Of a stretch of 64,000 nt of DNA, positions 62,320-64,000 are shown piece after piece. The first letter of the stretch is position 1; each line of letters begins with the position of its first letter. A program made the translations under genes and the position numbers. The notes beneath the pieces were generated by a model, which searched no databases, was not told where the DNA came from, and worked only from the letters and a program-made list of their open reading frames with translations. The stretch comes from a virus. Location of the stretch: positions 1-64,000 of IMG/VR virus record IMGVR_UViG_3300020156_000021. One strand, given 5' to 3'.

Positions 62320-62805
62320 TTATTTTAATTCAGGTAAACTATTTGCCCAATCCAAAATATCTACTGACCCTTGTAATAAATCTTTGTATATTTCCGATTC
62401 GGATTTATCTAGCTTACTCCATACTTGAACATTATTTAAATAATCGCCTGAAAAATAAGAATTGAAATCTCTCCTTATCGTTATATTTGTTTTATTTATA
62501 TTTTGTTTAGATAAATAATCATTATCATCTAAATAAAATCCTTTAGGTAAACTAGGTAAATTAATAACATTATCGTCAAAAGAAATATAACTATTTATAT
62601 ATTCATCAATCATATGACCACTACAACAATATTTAGTTTTATATCCTTTCTGGTTAAGAATTCGAATAGGTAATACAAATAATTCATCTATTTCTACAAC
62701 ATCTCCAAAACATTTTACTTTAGGACAATATGTAATTTTATTTTTCTTAATATATAAAGGTTTATAAATTTCAAAGCATTTCATACACATAAACACTTCT
62801 GGCAT
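62320..62805 (-). CDS. CCSGH-motif protein, paralog B, with N-terminal zinc ribbon
   Basis: CMKC...CPKVKC, then ELFVLPIRILNQKGYKTKYCCSGH...ILDWANSLP. Confidence 0.6.
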   Translation of the reverse strand: MPEVFMCMKCFEIYKPLYIKKNKITYCPKVKCFGDVVEIDELFVLPIRILNQKGYKTKYCCSGHMIDEYINSYISFDDNVINLPSLPKGFYLDDNDYLSKQNINKTNITIRRDFNSYFSGDYLNNVQVWSKLDKSESEIYKDLLQGSVDILDWANSLPELK

Positions 62806-62838
62806 AAGTTCATTTCCTTTCGTTATAGAATCGCTCTT

Positions 62839-63051
62839 TTATTCTAAGCTTTTAACCATTTCTACAGTGACATTTTTATATTTTATTAAATCTAAAGACG
62901 GCTTTAATACTTCATCTACTATTGTTTCAGGCAACATATTATTTATTTTTGAGACATAATATCTAGCCATACATATATTAAATTCATTTTCACTACAGTC
63001 TTTTCTTTTTAGTCCTAAATCACAATTTGAACATACTGTTTTTATACTCAT
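62839..63051 (-). CDS. Small Cys-containing protein
   Basis: 70-aa ORF with GGAGAT RBS region. Confidence 0.5.
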   Translation of the reverse strand: MSIKTVCSNCDLGLKRKDCSENEFNICMARYYVSKINNMLPETIVDEVLKPSLDLIKYKNVTVEMVKSLE

Positions 63052-63099
63052 GTAAACAAATCTCCTTTCACTATGAATTTTCTATTTTGTTTTAAACAA

Positions 63100-63264
63100 T
63101 TAATCTTTAATTTGTTCTCCTAATAAATAACAGACATATAAAATAAGTAATGTTAATCCTATAATATAGGAATATGGCATAGTTATATAAATAACACCTA
63201 TTACAGATAAAACTCCAATTATACAGATCAATCCTAATATAGTGCTTTTAATAATATTTTTCAT
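63100..63264 (-). CDS. Possible 54-aa two-TM mini-protein
   Basis: Hand translation MKNIIKSTILGLICIIGVLSVIGVIYITMPYSYIIGLTLLILYVCYLLGEQIKD. Confidence 0.35.
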   Translation of the reverse strand: MKNIIKSTILGLICIIGVLSVIGVIYITMPYSYIIGLTLLILYVCYLLGEQIKD

Positions 63265-63314
63265 TTTCACACTTCCTAACTTTTATTAATGTTGAATAAA
63301 TTGAATCTTTTGAC

Positions 63315-63518
63315 TTAATTTGCTTTATCTGCATTCTTCCATACACATTTTTTATCTGTAATTTGTCTATTTCTTATTTTGACATTATTATGAGGACAAT
63401 CACAATGTCCAGACCAGTTATCAATCATGGTAAGCCATTTACACTCATAACATTTCTTTTGTCTTAATTCATATGTATTCCAGGTATATTCTACAATCAT
63501 ATAAACCTCACTTTTCAT
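63315..63518 (-). CDS. Small Cys/His-rich protein
   Basis: 67 aa; CYECKW...HCDCPH...C. Confidence 0.5.
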   Translation of the reverse strand: MKSEVYMIVEYTWNTYELRQKKCYECKWLTMIDNWSGHCDCPHNNVKIRNRQITDKKCVWKNADKAN

Positions 63519-63535
63519 AAATCGAATAATCTATG

Positions 63536-63772
63536 TTAATCTTTACAATAATAAAACTCACATGCTTTAAATAATTTATCTTTCGGTTTTATAGTTTTTC
63601 TATTAACCTTAACTTCAATACCACAATAGATTATTCCAGCAATTATTCCATCAATATGTTCATTAATTTTATCGTGATAATAATCTCCTTTAGCAATAAT
63701 TATCTTTTTTTCTTCATCATATAAAGCTTTTTCTTCTTCATAAGTATCATTAATAAGTATAGTTAAATTCAT
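63536..63772 (-). CDS. Hypothetical small protein
   Basis: 78-aa ORF with AAGAGGA RBS. Confidence 0.55.
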   Translation of the reverse strand: MNLTILINDTYEEEKALYDEEKKIIIAKGDYYHDKINEHIDGIIAGIIYCGIEVKVNRKTIKPKDKLFKACEFYYCKD

Positions 63773-63802
63773 ATACGTCCTCTTTTTGATGAAATACGAC
63801 TT

Positions 63803-64000
63803 TCATCTCATTATATTTCTCGTATTATAAGTCACTTGTACAGCTTCAACATAACATAGGTGATTTTCATCCATCTTGTCTTTATAATCTAATGCTTCTC
63901 CATAAGTATCAAATAAAAGTGCTTCAGAAATATCTTCTGTATATTCATCATTACAAACTAAATACATCTTTTCTTCTGAATTATAAATTGCATACTTTAT
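63803..64000 (-). CDS. Hypothetical protein, possibly continuing beyond the window end
   Basis: The minus-strand frame is open from 64000 to the TGA at 63803-63805 (IKYAIYNSEEKMYLVCNDEYTEDISEALLFDTYGEALDYKDKMDENHLCYVEAVQVTYNTRNIMR). Confidence 0.45.
   Translation of the reverse strand: MKYAIYNSEEKMYLVCNDEYTEDISEALLFDTYGEALDYKDKMDENHLCYVEAVQVTYNTRNIMR

Noticed and set aside
1-64000. CRISPR array, tRNA/tmRNA, rRNA
   Set aside because: I saw no regularly spaced direct repeats of 25-40 bp in any intergenic region. GC-richer pockets (20640-20740, 21400-21460, 49630-49670, 61138-61171) lack T-loop (GGTTCGAATCC-like) or cloverleaf features. This was a visual inspection only; tRNAscan-SE/ARAGORN and a CRISPR finder should confirm it.

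Overview
The window reads as one contiguous segment of a low-GC, Firmicutes-type (Clostridia/Bacilli-like) temperate siphovirus or prophage. The host call rests on GGAGG ribosome-binding sites, frequent TTG/GTG starts and PBSX-like XkdX/XhlA accessory genes.

Rightward late genes:
- Packaging: small and large terminase.
- Head: portal, protease/scaffold, decoration-like protein, major capsid protein.
- Neck and tail proteins.
- A LamG fibre and a pectate-lyase-type tailspike.
- A 1.7-kaa tape measure protein.
- Tal-like and Dit-like tail-tip proteins and a 797-aa receptor-binding protein.
- Lysis: XhlA-like protein, holin and an NlpC/P60 endolysin.

A large serine recombinase follows on the minus strand. 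From about 51.5 to 64 kb lies a dense leftward array of small early genes. These include a ThyX-fold protein, a guanylate-kinase-like dNMP kinase, a deoxyribosyltransferase-like protein, a DEDDh exonuclease and many zinc-ribbon and membrane mini-proteins.

The late operon is unusually fragmented:
- Four free-standing homing-endonuclease-like genes from two families.
- Two tyrosine recombinases.
- A RusA resolvase.
- A minus-strand acyltransferase convergent with the tailspike.
- Two accessory islands, at about 21.3-30.0 kb and 38.9-42.0 kb.

The genes in both islands have their own near-consensus sigma-A promoters and rho-independent terminators. Island contents include an RHH regulator, a MazF-fold protein with a novel N-terminus, GC-richer orphan genes, a secreted trypsin-like protease, an XRE regulator and an antirepressor.

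I found no CRISPR array, tRNA, rRNA or reverse transcriptase. All functional calls come from motif recognition by eye and gene order. No database search was run.
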